From the NCBI GenBank assembly GCA_040285855.1, contig JAUFOQ010000010.1:868001-932000 (forward strand): a stretch of DNA of 64,000 nt, given 5' to 3'. Made by a program: the position numbers and the translations under genes. The DNA comes from Eukaryota sp. GEM-RC1. Taxonomy: Eukaryota. Every line of letters starts with the position of its first letter. The first letter of the stretch is position 1. Positions 35,927 through 48,247 of the stretch are shown here, in pieces. The notes under the pieces are model-generated. The model did not search any database and was not told the origin of the DNA. It saw only the letters and a program-made list of their open reading frames with translations.

Positions 35927-37609
35927 TCAAAATGAAAGTCGTTGGTGTGAAATTCTTTCCATGAGCTCTTCTGTTTCTATAGTGATAGCGTTCGACTGTA
36001 AATCAATGTGAGTGATGGACGTATTCCACTTTAATTCTTCAATCAAAGCCAAGACTCCTGTATCTGTAATAGAATTAGCTTGTAGGTCCAAAAGAGTAAC
36101 TGAAGAGTTCGATTTCAAGGCTTTAGCGAAAGCCACAATTCCTTCATCTCCAATAGAGTTGACGCAAAGTAAAATCCTTGTAATTGAAGAATTCAAAGTC
36201 AACGCAGCAGCTAAAGCGACCATACCATTATCACTAATAGAGTTATTACGCAGATCAATGTGAGTAACAGAATTATTGAATTTGAAAGTATCAGCTAGAA
36301 CTGTTAAACCTTCATCTCCAATAGATGAACAACTTAGAAGAAGTTCAGTGATGGATGAATTAACTTTTAAAGCTTTAGCCAAAGAAAAGGCACCTTCATC
36401 TCGTATAGAATTACAACAAAGGTCAATCCGATTGACAGTGGAATTTACTTTCAACATTTCAGATAGTGCGTGAATTCCTGTGATGTCAAAAGTGTTGTTA
36501 CCGAGATTAATGTCAGTAATTGAAGAATTTACCTTTAAAGTTTTGGCTAATTCAACTACACCTTCAGTACCAATGCAATTTTCAGAAAGATTTAGCTTAA
36601 TAATTGAAGAATTTGTTTTCAACGATTTGGCTAATTCAGTAGCACCTTCAGTACCAATGGAGTTATAATGTAGATTTATCTCCATAATTGAAGAATTGAC
36701 TTTCAATGATTTAGCTAAAGCTATAGCACCTACTGTACCAATGGAGTTGTGGTCCAGACTGAGCTTAGTAATTGAAGAATTGAACTTTAACAATTCAGCG
36801 AATGCCAATGCACCTTCATCACCAATATTGTTCCAACCAAAATTAATCTCAGTAATGAAAGTATTCCATCGGACAGCTTCAGTAAATGCTGGGAAAATTG
36901 ACGAATCAACACGAAGATCAAGTGTTTTAAGACGGGGAAAGTGAAGATTAGAAGATTTATTAACAACAATTAAATCTTCAGGATGTTTCAATCTGGCTCT
37001 TAGTCCTGTAATAAAATGGGAGAATCCAGCAAATTCTTCAACTCTAAAGGAAGGAACAGTATCCACTTTGGATTGACCAATGTAATCTTGAGTATTAGAA
37101 GTCCTATCTACGAACAAGAAAACAGATCGAATCTCAGTGGAGAAAAGAGAAGCAATGGAAGAAAGGTGCAAAAGTTGATTTGAATGTAAGTGAAACGTGT
37201 TTGTTTTGAAAAACAAGTCGATTGCTAGAAAAGCATATTCAAAGAAACTCTGACTTACGTAGCCAACGTTGATAATGAAGGAGTGGAGTTGTTTCTTTAA
37301 GCCACGGAGAGGACGGCAGCGATCGTGGTGATCTTTTTCAGGGATAGACTGATACATACGGCGAAGTAAGTGGTGATTGACCAAAACCAATAGCGACTGT
37401 TGAAAGTGAATGTGAAGGGAATGTTCTACGGAGAGCTTCTCTGAGTTTGTTGCTGGAGAAGAAACAGTTGAAAAGAAGAGAAGATTGGCCAAACCACCAG
37501 AAGAAACCGGCAAAGAGGCACCATTAGAAGAATCAGTTGGTGAAGGATGAGTGTAAGCTTTGTAGACCGTGTACACCTGAGGCCATGTTGTACCACTGGT
37601 GTGAGCCAT
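35927..37609 (-). CDS. LRR family protein, divergent member (N-domain + 11 LRRs)
   Basis: Intact 560-aa ORF; FQQSLLVLVNHHLL...VGYVSQSFFE...FPRLK then LK.NSSIT repeats. Confidence 0.92.
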   Translation of the reverse strand: MAHTSGTTWPQVYTVYKAYTHPSPTDSSNGASLPVSSGGLANLLFFSTVSSPATNSEKLSVEHSLHIHFQQSLLVLVNHHLLRRMYQSIPEKDHHDRCRPLRGLKKQLHSFIINVGYVSQSFFEYAFLAIDLFFKTNTFHLHSNQLLHLSSIASLFSTEIRSVFLFVDRTSNTQDYIGQSKVDTVPSFRVEEFAGFSHFITGLRARLKHPEDLIVVNKSSNLHFPRLKTLDLRVDSSIFPAFTEAVRWNTFITEINFGWNNIGDEGALAFAELLKFNSSITKLSLDHNSIGTVGAIALAKSLKVNSSIMEINLHYNSIGTEGATELAKSLKTNSSIIKLNLSENCIGTEGVVELAKTLKVNSSITDINLGNNTFDITGIHALSEMLKVNSTVNRIDLCCNSIRDEGAFSLAKALKVNSSITELLLSCSSIGDEGLTVLADTFKFNNSVTHIDLRNNSISDNGMVALAAALTLNSSITRILLCVNSIGDEGIVAFAKALKSNSSVTLLDLQANSITDTGVLALIEELKWNTSITHIDLQSNAITIETEELMERISHQRLSF

Positions 37610-37803
37610 TTAAGCCATTTTTGAGAGAAATCACAGAGACAGACACGATGAGAAGAATTTTGACTCGAAAGTCGTCAGGAGTCAAGTGCGATGACACAGC
37701 ATTGCGAAAATCTCAAAACGTTTTGTGTGTTGGCAACACGTAGAGTCGTGTGTCATTGTTCTTTCCACGTCTTCATCAACTTTACATTAGTGTTCATGTT
37801 CAC

Positions 37804-38041
37804 AAGAATTGTACACGACTCGACTCGTGAGCGGAGTGGATTGAGTTCGACTTCTAAGTCAACTTTAGAGGGCTATTCAAATTTTTATCTCCATTTCGCG
37901 TTATTACCTACAAAAATGGCTGTCAATGGTCATAAAATAGTTCAATTTAAATGGTATTTAATAAAGGCTATGAGTCTACTCGACTGGACTCACGAAGCGG
38001 AGTCGACTAAGTCGACTATTTGAGTCGGTTGCACAGGTCTA
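37804..38041. mobile_element. Probable decayed hAT MITE
   Basis: Right end TGCACAGGTCTA resembles the TIR at 55232; GACTCGACT/AGTCGAC subterminal repeats; left TIR degenerate, no clear TSD. Confidence 0.45.
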
Positions 38042-38497
38042 CACATGCCTAATTCCCTAACACACCCTCACACTTATCAACACGTGTTAGAGTTAATTGG
38101 TATAAGCCTTTAATACAACACCAAAAATAATTCATAGATCACTGGAGAGTCCTGATTAATTGTACCATGACACTTAAATTTGAATGACCAGAAGAGAAGA
38201 TAACTTCTAACGTAAATTCGTAACATGTAACTACTATTCGATTTGACAGCACTCATCACTGAACTCCTAAAAAGGTCCTAAGATAATTAGTGTGCACTCA
38301 CTGTAGATGTACCGTACAAGTTTGACAAACAACACGTGTCAGAACGTGATATAACCAGAAGGTTTACCATTTATGGACGCATGTAAGTCATGTGTGACGA
38401 TTTTCACTTATTATTTATTGTCAAAAATCAATGCTACGGCAACTTTTACTACTTCTATGAAAAATCATCTTGTTTTGTATAAGAACGAATTGGTCTA

Positions 38498-38572
38498 CAG
38501 TCAAAAATGTTGATAGCGTGAAACTCTATATAGCGTAGGTACATATAGTCCCGCTATAAACAGTTTTGACTG
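38498..38572. mobile_element. 75-bp minimal derivative of the 6932-8000 pogo-like element
   Basis: TA|CAGTCAAAA...TTTTGACTG|TA; interior matches 7941-8000. Confidence 0.88.
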
Positions 38573-39135
38573 TACTAACAATTACATACTTCAATTCGTT
38601 TTACTCCGTGAAAGGACTTGACTATTTCCAATTTTTTACGACCATGATCCGTTTCAATCTCATTTTGAAATGGTTCCATAACATAACTATTATAATAACC
38701 ATTGGTTGAATTGCAACAATGTATGATTTGTTGAGAAGGAACGTAAACAAGTTGAATTGTTCTTTTGAAAGGTTCATAATCAATGGAACCATTTACGTAC
38801 AAAAGTTCCAAGAATACTGCCTACCTAAAATAACCAACAGTCCACTACTGGTGTCACAAACCCAGCAGAACTCACTATAACCGGAACTTATCTGTAAAGA
38901 ATGACCCAGAATCTTGTCGTTGTAAGCCATCATGAACACAGGATAAGAAGAAGTGGACATATAAGGAATCGAAAAAGAAAGTTCTTGGGTATTCTTGGAT
39001 ACAGAAAAACCATATCACTCCAACTTTTTAGAGACATGCCAAACAAATGGTTAATGACACGATCTAGTTCATCACTTGTCCAAGATGAGAAAATGGTACC
39101 ATTGTGACGTCTCCTGTGGATAAGACGAGCATAAA

Positions 39136-39906
39136 TTAACTTCCAATAGTTATCTGGTAAGGGAGGTAATAATAAAAGATCAACTTTCGAAGGATGATAG
39201 ATGTTAATAAAATTAATTCCACAAAAATAGTAATTATAAAAGTGTACAACTCAAGCACACATTCAGCAGAAAGCGAACTATTTAAAGAATTTAACACTTG
39301 ATGTAATAGATTAACATCTACACTTTGATGAAAAAGCTCCTTGTAATTAACATAAATTAACTCTTCAGCAATTAATGATCGAACTGGAACCGAAAAATAA
39401 TTATTAACAAACAAACGATTCTAGAACATTAGCAGGAGTAATGAAAGCTCTCCGCTTGGGCGATTTAGAAGATTGTCTGATTAGAGTAAACAAAGGTAGT
39501 GAATAGAATCGTTGAAAAAATGAAGAATCAGCTCGCAGAATTGAAACCATTTCTTCTTTTTGTTGCTCTGAAAGGTTACCAGCAGACCACAATGCAGTAA
39601 TTGATGAAACGTATTGATTGAGATGTCTGACATCGGTCTTGATAAGACTTACAAGTACTTGATAAAACATTTGATTTAATGAGTTAACATCCCTCTGTAG
39701 CAAGGCCCTTGCACCCCTCTTGATATCGTTGCGATGTTGGCAAAGAGTTGGAAAGTACTGTACGTCAAAATAAGAGAAGAATTTAGCAATGATGTTATCT
39801 TTGGTAGAAAAAGAGGTACATGTACCTCATTTGTAATAAGTTTTAAAATATCATCATTGTTAGAAACTTTAAGAAGACATTTTAAACCAAAGTCTAGTCT
39901 TTCCAA
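39136..39906 (-). pseudogene. Fragmented helical (ARM/HEAT-like?) protein gene
   Basis: Three overlapping Leu-rich ORFs that can be joined by frameshifts; no diagnostic motif. Confidence 0.3.
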
Positions 39907-39912
39907 AGAAGG

Positions 39913-42395
39913 TTGCGATTGAAGATAATGTCAATGTTCAATGTCAGTAAGAGTGCTGACGAATACTTGTGTTTCACTTTATTAACTACAATTACTCAAT
40001 TTTCAACGCCGAGTGTTTATACCGGTTTAAACAGTTTGATTGATATTTCTCTAACTACAAAAATATTAGATCCTAAATACGCTTCAATAATTGGCTTTAC
40101 ACACGAAGAAATTGAACATTATTACCCAAATTTATTAATGAAGCAAGGCCAAAACTGAACTTCACGGAGGATTAATTCTGGGAAAAGTTTAAAAAATACT
40201 ATAATGAACAGGTATCGAAAAAAATATTTTTGTCCGATGAAATAATTTTTCCCGAACCGATAAATAATTTCAGAATATGTGTGACAACAATACATATTTG
40301 TTGACTACAGAAAAAAAATTACGTATTTATATTAGGGATAAAATTCTTTTCCACAAGATGCTCCAAAATGTTACCAGATCCACACATTTTCCTCCAAAAC
40401 ATTTCGAGATCCACAAGTTGCAGATGTGGATTTCAGCAGACGTGTACATGTAGATTATCCATTACTGTATATTTAGAACTAACTTAAAGAACAAATACAT
40501 GTTGCGCCACAAATGTGTCGCAATGTTTAAACCGTAGTTTTGCTTGTACACCCTCTAGAATTGTGTCCTATACCACCACATGTTGTTTAGATGCATTGCT
40601 TCCTTTTGGTTCATTTGCATTTGCACGTCTCTTTCTGACTATTTGCGGTCTTCCTGTACGAGGCTTTGGACTAGGGAGCTTCGTTTCTAAATCCACCTCA
40701 TCATCTTCTCCATTCGTTTTGACTTCTCGTAGATCAATATCATCCACAGACAACAATCTTCGTCTGCAGAAACCTTGAAGTCCAATGTAATTCTTACATA
40801 ATTCTACACCTCTTGAACCTGTTTCGGCACAAAAATACAGAACATGAACACATGGTATAGCTTCATGTCACCAATCAGAACCCGTACACTCATTAGTCTC
40901 TTTGTTCACAATAAACACCACTCCTTTTCAATAACTTCATAGTCAGGAGAATCAAGCTCTAGAATAGTAAGACCACGACACCTAATGAACCTCTCTTCCA
41001 ACAAGTCTGATGCTCGTGGCACGATTTCGAAATTGATAGATCTTGCTTCATTTCGTCTGGCAACAAACCATCTAGCCAACATAGATCGGATCGATTCGAG
41101 CATGTGGACTACAGATAATTGGCGAGCCTGGCTTATACATACATTGCCACACTCTACAATGTTACTGGTAATCACATCTGTTGGCAGGAAACATGAATTC
41201 CACCCAGTGTTCCAGCTCCACTGTTTTACAGATATATTCAGCTGCAGATATATTGTGTACTAAGCGATGTACATGCAACAGTTTCCCTCCCCCCCTCATC
41301 ATTATCCTGTTTAAATTTCACACTGTGTCTTGCTAACTTGACAAGTCTTTTATTGAAGAATATTCTAAAGACTTTGTTGATTCTCTCGCCCAAATATTCG
41401 TCTTTCTTCAGAACAAGATCATTTTCCCACTTACTGCACGAATATGTTATCGTCATCGAAGAACTACTGTCGTGTGACTAAATAGTCTCTGTTCACCGTT
41501 AGTAGTACCTGTAATAAGGAGGAGATTATAGTGGGTTCTCCTTCCTTTTTAAAAATTGATTGTTGTTGATACATCATCGAAGAAATAGGACGGAAGATAA
41601 ACTTGGTTTATGGTTAAAGAGAAGAGAGATAAGGAATAATTGCAAAAATGATATAATCTATTTCACACCAATAAATACTTCTACATGTTGAAAGATAACT
41701 ATAAATATTTAATATTTAATAAAAATACTTTCTTCCATTACCTGATAACGGATATTCTTGGGATGGTAAGGTGTTTGTTCATAATCCATGGTCTGTTTTG
41801 AGTTTTTTTTTCACATTTTAAAGTTCTACCATATTGGATGTCAAATGGTGGTTCGTCTTTTATCATGGAATACATTAAGAAATTTGAGCTTACGTCCGAC
41901 TCTCTTCAAAATACCACCGTTGATCAAAGTTTCATGGACAGTGAAAATTTTGAATCTGTAGCTCCCGAAAGCATGCTTACTCAAACTGGATACTTAACGA
42001 TCACGTCATATGATGTCATTTCGAAACAATTTACTCTTGATTTCCCCAATCGTGAAGTCGAATCAGAATTTTCCATGTTAATTGTTCACTCCTATTGGAA
42101 TGTTTTAAGCACTGATCCTCTTGGTGTTAATGATACTTTCCTCAATGCTGTTAGTTCCAACAACACGGATGTAGTAATCGAACATTTTATAGTGAACTGT
42201 TCTGGAATTCCTCATCCTCCTTTTAGTAATATGAATGAAGACTTTTATCATTCACTGATTTACTGTAATTTGTTAGGGTGTGGATTTGATTGTTTATCAT
42301 AACCACTTTCAAATATGAGACGAGCTGAATTTTTATAATCAGCGTGTAAACGTCATTGAATTTAAAACTCTGAGAGTTGCGGACAAAGCCATTCA
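39913..42395 (+). pseudogene. Bacterial-type AAA-ATPase-like / PD-(D/E)XK nuclease (PF09820/PF08011-like) gene, truncated and split by a transposon
   Basis: SADEYLCFTLLTTITQFS.SVYTGLNSLIDIS...YASIIGFTHEEI; KKYYNGYSWDG...HNPWSVL restored across the insertion; YWMSNG, QTGYLTI, FPNREV, EDFYHS, R.E...VIEFK. Confidence 0.8.
40209..41744 (-). mobile_element. TIR element carrying a MULE/MuDR transposase C-terminal fragment
   Basis: Imperfect TIR CAGGTATCGAAAAAAATATTTT vs CAGGTAATGGAAGAAAGTATTTT; degenerate TSD ATAATGAA/ATAACGGA; internal ITSNIVEC.N, SWIM-like CT.SDW..AIPCVH, GRP..RK and CGGIGHNSRGC knuckle. Confidence 0.82.
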
Positions 42396-43179
42396 GAGCC
42401 ACTTTTGATGATAAAATGAATGAATCCTCACAAAATCTATGACGATCCGTGTGATGATATGTGTAAATAATTGTAATTCTGAGTAGAAGAAATTCCTTCG
42501 CCTACCGAACAAAACTACAGGAATTAAGCAACACACACAACGAATGTATCAATAAGTCAATGATAGATGAAATTCCTTGCACTCATCTGCTTTCGGTTTG
42601 AACACAGAAACGATATATGTAAATCGAATTCTGCGTGTCGAAGATATCCTAATTTCATTCTACATGTCATTTCATTGTCGCCCATCGATGATGTTCTCGA
42701 AGTGTCCCGTGGATGATGTGACACGGTGAAACGTATGTTAGTGTTTGAGTCAATTTACCCAAATACACCAGTCTAAACGTTCAAGATATCTTTGTTGATT
42801 TGTACTTGTAAGCTTCTTCTTCACACAACTAAAACAGTAGGACATCCGATTCAAAGACGTTTTCAACATTGATCCCAAACTTTCTTCCTCTTGTACAACA
42901 AATTCTAGCTCACTTCCACTCACTCAGATGGACTTAGAGAACATCACACTAGTTTTTCTAACATATTCTCTCTTCTAAATGTCTTAATGTAGCTAATGTA
43001 AATCTCATATTTCTTAAGTGAATCAATGATATGAAAAGAATCCATTCACTCAGAACACGTATATAACTTGACTTCGATTCTCGTCCGCTTTTGCAAACAT
43101 TGTAAGACTAGTGTCTCATGAATCATCTCTTATGCTGGTGATTTTCGAGATTCTCAATTTTTGTTAGCCATTTGACTTC

Positions 43180-44312
43180 ATAAGTTCACAGTAGATGAAG
43201 AAAGCATTGTGGATAAATTGATTTGACAACATAGGTTGAGACATACACAATCTAAAAAGCAAAAACACAGAAGAATACAAAAATACAATAAAGTGTATTT
43301 ACTAACTATGCTTTTATTTACAATTACAAATACAGAATGTCATCAATATTAACAAAGGAGAAACTAATACCTCTACCCGATATCACATTCGTCTCCTTGA
43401 ATCACTTAATAAAATTATCTTTGCATTATCAAGTTTAAGACATTTCGAAGAGCGGAAATGATACAACAACTGCTTGTGATGTTCTCCTAAGTGTATCTGA
43501 GTGAGTGAACGAGAGCTAAAATTTGTTGTACAAGTGGAAAAAAGTTTGGAATTCATGTTGAAAACGTCTTTGGATCGGATCTACTACTGTTTTTGATGGT
43601 TAAAGAACAAGCATACGAACGTAATTCAACAAAATATCTTGAATGTTTTTGTGATATATTTGGTCAAAGTCGCTCACAATAGAAGTCTAATATGCGATAC
43701 ATCATGTCACGTCATCCTATAGGGAGATTGGTAACCACAACTACATTTATGACCATAAATTGATATACGATCTACATCATTGATGATGATGAAGACGTGA
43801 AGAGGAACACGTAATTGAGGAGTAATTGCTGTAGTTTTGTTTGTAGTTTTAATTTTGGTAAATTACCACTTAAGTCAGTTGAATTTCCCACGACAATTCA
43901 ATTTATTTTTATCAGCAAACACTAAAGACAAGGAGGATGGTAGCATAAACTAAACGGACGAAAATGAAAGAAGTCAGTTAGGAGAAATGTATCAAGTGGA
44001 AATGATGAACCTATTCACACTTTAACTTAATGTTGTACCATGACCGCCATAACTGCCATGCGCGCCATGCGTCCATAGGCGCATTGTATTTGAAGATTCG
44101 GTTATGGTATAACACTGCTTTATCTTAATGTTACTGTTGGTGAGTCTCGCTAATCGACTAAGACAGAGTTTTATCTAGAGTGATGTTTATCCCTATTAAT
44201 ACAAATTTTGTCAAAGCCTTCTATTGATCTTCTTCGAGTTCTTTGTTGCATATTTAGTATGCTGTAGTTTTTTTCTTCTACTGAGTAGTGAGAGTACGGG
44301 ACAACACAGAAT
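43180..44312. repeat. Dispersed duplication, paralogous to 47805-48247 plus 50634-51203
   Basis: Collinear similarity; the second copy is interrupted by the 48248-50623 retrotransposon. Confidence 0.88.
44028..44117. mobile_element. 90-bp hAT-like mini-MITE
   Basis: TIR TAATGTTGTACCATGACCG vs CAGTGTTATACCATAACCG; TSD CTTTAACT/CTTTATCT (7/8); absent from the paralogous site near 51000; internal GCCAT repeats. Confidence 0.75.
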
Positions 44313-44314
44313 GT

Positions 44315-44845
44315 TTGTTAATATTATTGATATTCTGAATTTGTAAGGCGTGGTGATTTGATTGGTCCTTGGTTATCTTGTCAGGAAATTATCATGGATT
44401 TCACGACTGTTGATCCTTGTAATTCAAGATCAATTTCCAAAATTTTTGATGATGATTCTTCTGCTCTTGAAGTGGCTAAAAACGGAAAAAATACAGAGTA
44501 CTGTCACTTAATTAACCAATTGAATGTTGACAGGTACAATCCTTTTGTGTTGCAACCTTTTGCGATGTCGATATACGGTAATATTGGACCAGCTGTACAA
44601 TGTTTTTAACTTCCTTTGGTAAATTGTGTTCTGAGTATGGTAAAGTTTTCAATGAAAATTTTTGGTTGAGTAGGTTAACGTTTGCGTTGTTTCGTTCAAT
44701 GCAGATATTTTAATTCAATTTTAGGTAAGTTGTTCGGTGATGGACTGAAGGATCATAATTTAGATACTTTAGTCAGTGTCTGTTAGTTATTAACTTCTGC
44801 AAATGCATTTATTTCACTGACTGATCATAAACCCCGTTTTTTTTA
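44315..44845 (+). mobile_element. CRE-like retrotransposon 3' fragment (REL domain), another subfamily
   Basis: RRGDLIGPWLSCQEIIMDFTTVDPC...PFAMSIYGNIGP; its 3' end also occurs at 30260-30415. Confidence 0.82.
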
Positions 44846-44999
44846 TTTGTATTTGTAAATACAGCATGGTTGGTAAATACACTTTTCTGTATTTTTGAAT
44901 TCTTCTGTGTTTTTGCTTTTTAGATTGTGTATGTCTCAACCTATGTTGTCAAATCAATTTATCCACAATGCTTTCTTCATCTACTGTGAACTTATGAAG

Positions 45000-46260
45000 T
45001 CAAATGGCTAACAAAAATTGAGAATCTCGAAAATCACCAGCATAAGAGATGATTCATGAGACACTAGTCTTACAATGTTTGCAAAAGCGGACGAGAATCG
45101 AAGTCAAGTTATATACGTGTTCTGAGTGAATGGATTCTTTTCATATCATTGATTCACTTAAGAAATATGAGATTTACATTAGCTACATTAAGACATTTAG
45201 AAGAGAGAATATGTTAGAAAAACTAGTGTGATGTTCTCTAAGTCCATCTGAGTGAGTGGAAGTGAGCTAGAATTTGTTGTACAAGAGGAAGAAAGTTTGG
45301 GATCAATGTTGAAAACGTCTTTGAATCGGATGTCCTACTGTTTTAGTTGTGTGAAGAAGAAGCTTACAAGTACAAATCAACAAAGATATCTTGAACGTTT
45401 AGACTGGCGTATTTTATTAAAGTGACTCAAACACTGACATACGTTTCACCGTGTCACATTATCCACGAGACACTTCGAGAACATCATCAATGGGCGACAA
45501 TGAAATGACTTGTAGAATGAAACTAGGATATCTTTGGCACGCTGAATTCGAGTTAAATTTTTGGTTTCTGGATTCAAACCTAAAGGAGATGAATTCAAGT
45601 TATTTCCTATATCATTGGCTCACTGATACATTCATTGTGTGTGTTGCTTAATTCTTGTAGTTTTGTTCGGTTGGAGAAGGAATTTCTTTTACTCAGAATT
45701 TCAAGTTTTTACACATATCATCACACAGATCGTCTTAGATTTTGTGAGGATTCATTCATTTTATCATCAAAAGTGGCTCAATTAGAGAACATTGACGAAT
45801 CTCAGGTCCAACTCTTTTCTTTAAGTTCTCTACTATATTTTTTGTAAAGACGAAGACAAAAATCTGCAGATTTAGGTCCGCAGCTCGACAAGCACGCTGT
45901 TTAAGAAACACAACTGAACAATGATCAGTTTCTAAAATATCGTCAAAGTCGGTACATTTTCCTACATCGCAATCAATTACAATTTTGACTCCTTCTATTG
46001 TAATTGATGACTCAGCAAGGTTTGTTGTCAGGAAACAGTGCGGGATCACTGATGTAAAGTAATGTAATCAGGTTGAGTATAGTACCATTTGATAAGGAGT
46101 AAACAAGACAGGACAGTGTTACTGATGAACAAAATTGAATACATCAGGGACATTTTTTCTGGCAGCAGCAATAACACACACGAGAGTGAAGGGATGTCCT
46201 TTTATTGCAGTTAAAATGAAGGGACAGCATGAGGAGTCCCAAAAATCCAATAAAGTACAC
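45000..46260 (-). pseudogene. DEAH-box RNA helicase pseudogene (C-terminal RecA domain onward)
   Basis: TTNLAESSITIEGVKIVID (motif V), KQRACRA (motif VI), PEIRQCSLIEPLLMIK; downstream decayed sequence runs into the inverted-repeat arm. Confidence 0.72.
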
Positions 46261-48247
46261 CTATGTCGGATAACTATTCGATTTCACGATGTTTGAGCTT
46301 GTTCCAACAGTTTTTAGCATCTGATATTGATATGAGTTGTGAGACTAGACGCTGAATCACTGTAACAGAGATGCTCTCAATTACATCATTTACTTGGGAT
46401 CTTGATGCATCTATCTCTTCAGAAGGTCTATTTGTTTGAATTATCCCAACCTGGCACTTCAGTTTCCACATTCCACGAGTTCTTAACAATTGGGGAAGGT
46501 TCATCGAACAACTGGTGCTCCTCAGGAAATCCTGTAATAATTCACAATCAACTTCTGAAGCAATCATTTGAAGTTGGACCTCGTCATCAACCATCATGCA
46601 TTCTAACTTAGTTACATGTAAGTTTTTACCTAACATTTTGCAGCTGTACTATTGGAGTTTTTGTTGTAGAAAGGAGTGAGTTCCCTTTCCCATACAGTAG
46701 CTATCAATACTGGGTTTGTTTCTTTGAGATCTTGAGATGAAACTTTGAGCAGAGCTTGGTGTACCACTTCATTTTCACTTTCCTCATATTGCTGCTTTGA
46801 AATGTTAGATGGATAGACTTTTACAAAGGTGGATGTTACCATACCATTTCCTTTGTTAAGTCAGGACCTCAGTTTCAGTGGATTGTCAGTCCAGTGCCTT
46901 TTCTTTTGAGAATACTATTACTCTACCCGAGAAGTGGTTCTCTCATCTAGATGAACCACATTATTAACCATATGGCCGGTACATTGGTGTAATCTACTTA
47001 GCCACTGACAGTCAACGTATATGACAAGTGAATTTTCATCACGTAAAGCGGACACAATTGTTTCCCAGATAGGACAATTATCTGCTTTTGATGCTGCAAA
47101 AGCCATTTGTGCAAAACAGTTGTTGAATGAGTCAAACCAAAGCCCTTCTCCGCTTTGGTTTCTATCTTTTCGATATATGACATAAGCATAATAAATGAGC
47201 CGCATGTGTCACTAAACCTTGGATGGCATTGTACAACGCCAAGTTTCTATCCGTAACCGCGACAAATAATTCATCCATAGAAGCAAAACATTTTGAAATG
47301 CATGTTACGCACATTGTTAGTCATAGTTGGGAAAAACACCACTTCTGAAAATAAAATACACTAAAATAAAACGCTCAATCCAAAACATGACCAACATATT
47401 TATGTGATTGTTCGAACAACAAACCTTTATCTTGTGATACTCATTCAATCACAAACGTTAATAGAACACAAAAATGTAGAATGTATAATTGTTGAGATTC
47501 AATAAGAAGATAGAAATAGATGGTTGTGAACCCTTGATATTTTAAAAAAGAGAATTTCCCATAATTTGACATACATTTGTTCTATGAAGTAAACTAACCA
47601 AGAAACAAAATAACTTGTGAGGTTTATTGTGCTAAGCTAACTTTATTCAGTTCCCAAAAAGGTAACCTTCCTAAAAAATATGAATCTGCAAAAACAAACA
47701 AATAACACAAAGACTAAATCCAAACGACTTCATCCCTATCCAGAAAAAGATTCCGTTCACAAGAAACCTGTACAGTTTCCCAACTAATCGAGAGAAATAG
47801 AAACATAAGTTCACAGTAGATGAAGAAAGCATTCTGGATAAATTGATTTGACAACATAGGTTGAGACATACACAATCTAAAAAGCTAAAACACAGAAGAA
47901 TACAAAAATACAATAAAGTGTATTTACTAACTATGCTTTTATTTACAATTACAAATACAGAATGTCATCAATATTAACAAAGGAGAAACTAATACCTCTA
48001 CCCGATATCACATTCGTCTCCTTGAACCGCTTAATAAAATGATCTTTGCATTATCAAGTTTAAGACATTTCGAAGAGCGGAAATGATACAACAACTGCTT
48101 GTGATGTTCTCCTAAGTGTATCTTAGTGAGTGAAAGACAGTTAAAATTTGTTGTACAAGTGGAAAAAAGGTTTTGGACTAATGTTGAAAACGTCATTGGA
48201 TCGGATCTACTACTGTTCTAGATGTTTAAAGAATAAACTTACTAACA

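Larger units (their letters stand above)
42396..45779. repeat. Long inverted repeat: arms 42396-43335 and ~44845-45779
   Basis: Direct base comparison; ~42770-43275 is essentially identical to the reverse complement of ~44900-45410; outer parts visibly more diverged. Confidence 0.93.

Noticed and set aside
13521..37609. Stop-codon reassignment as an explanation for broken ORFs
   Set aside because: Intact genes read through under the standard code and end at TAA, TAG or TGA; most breaks are frameshifts
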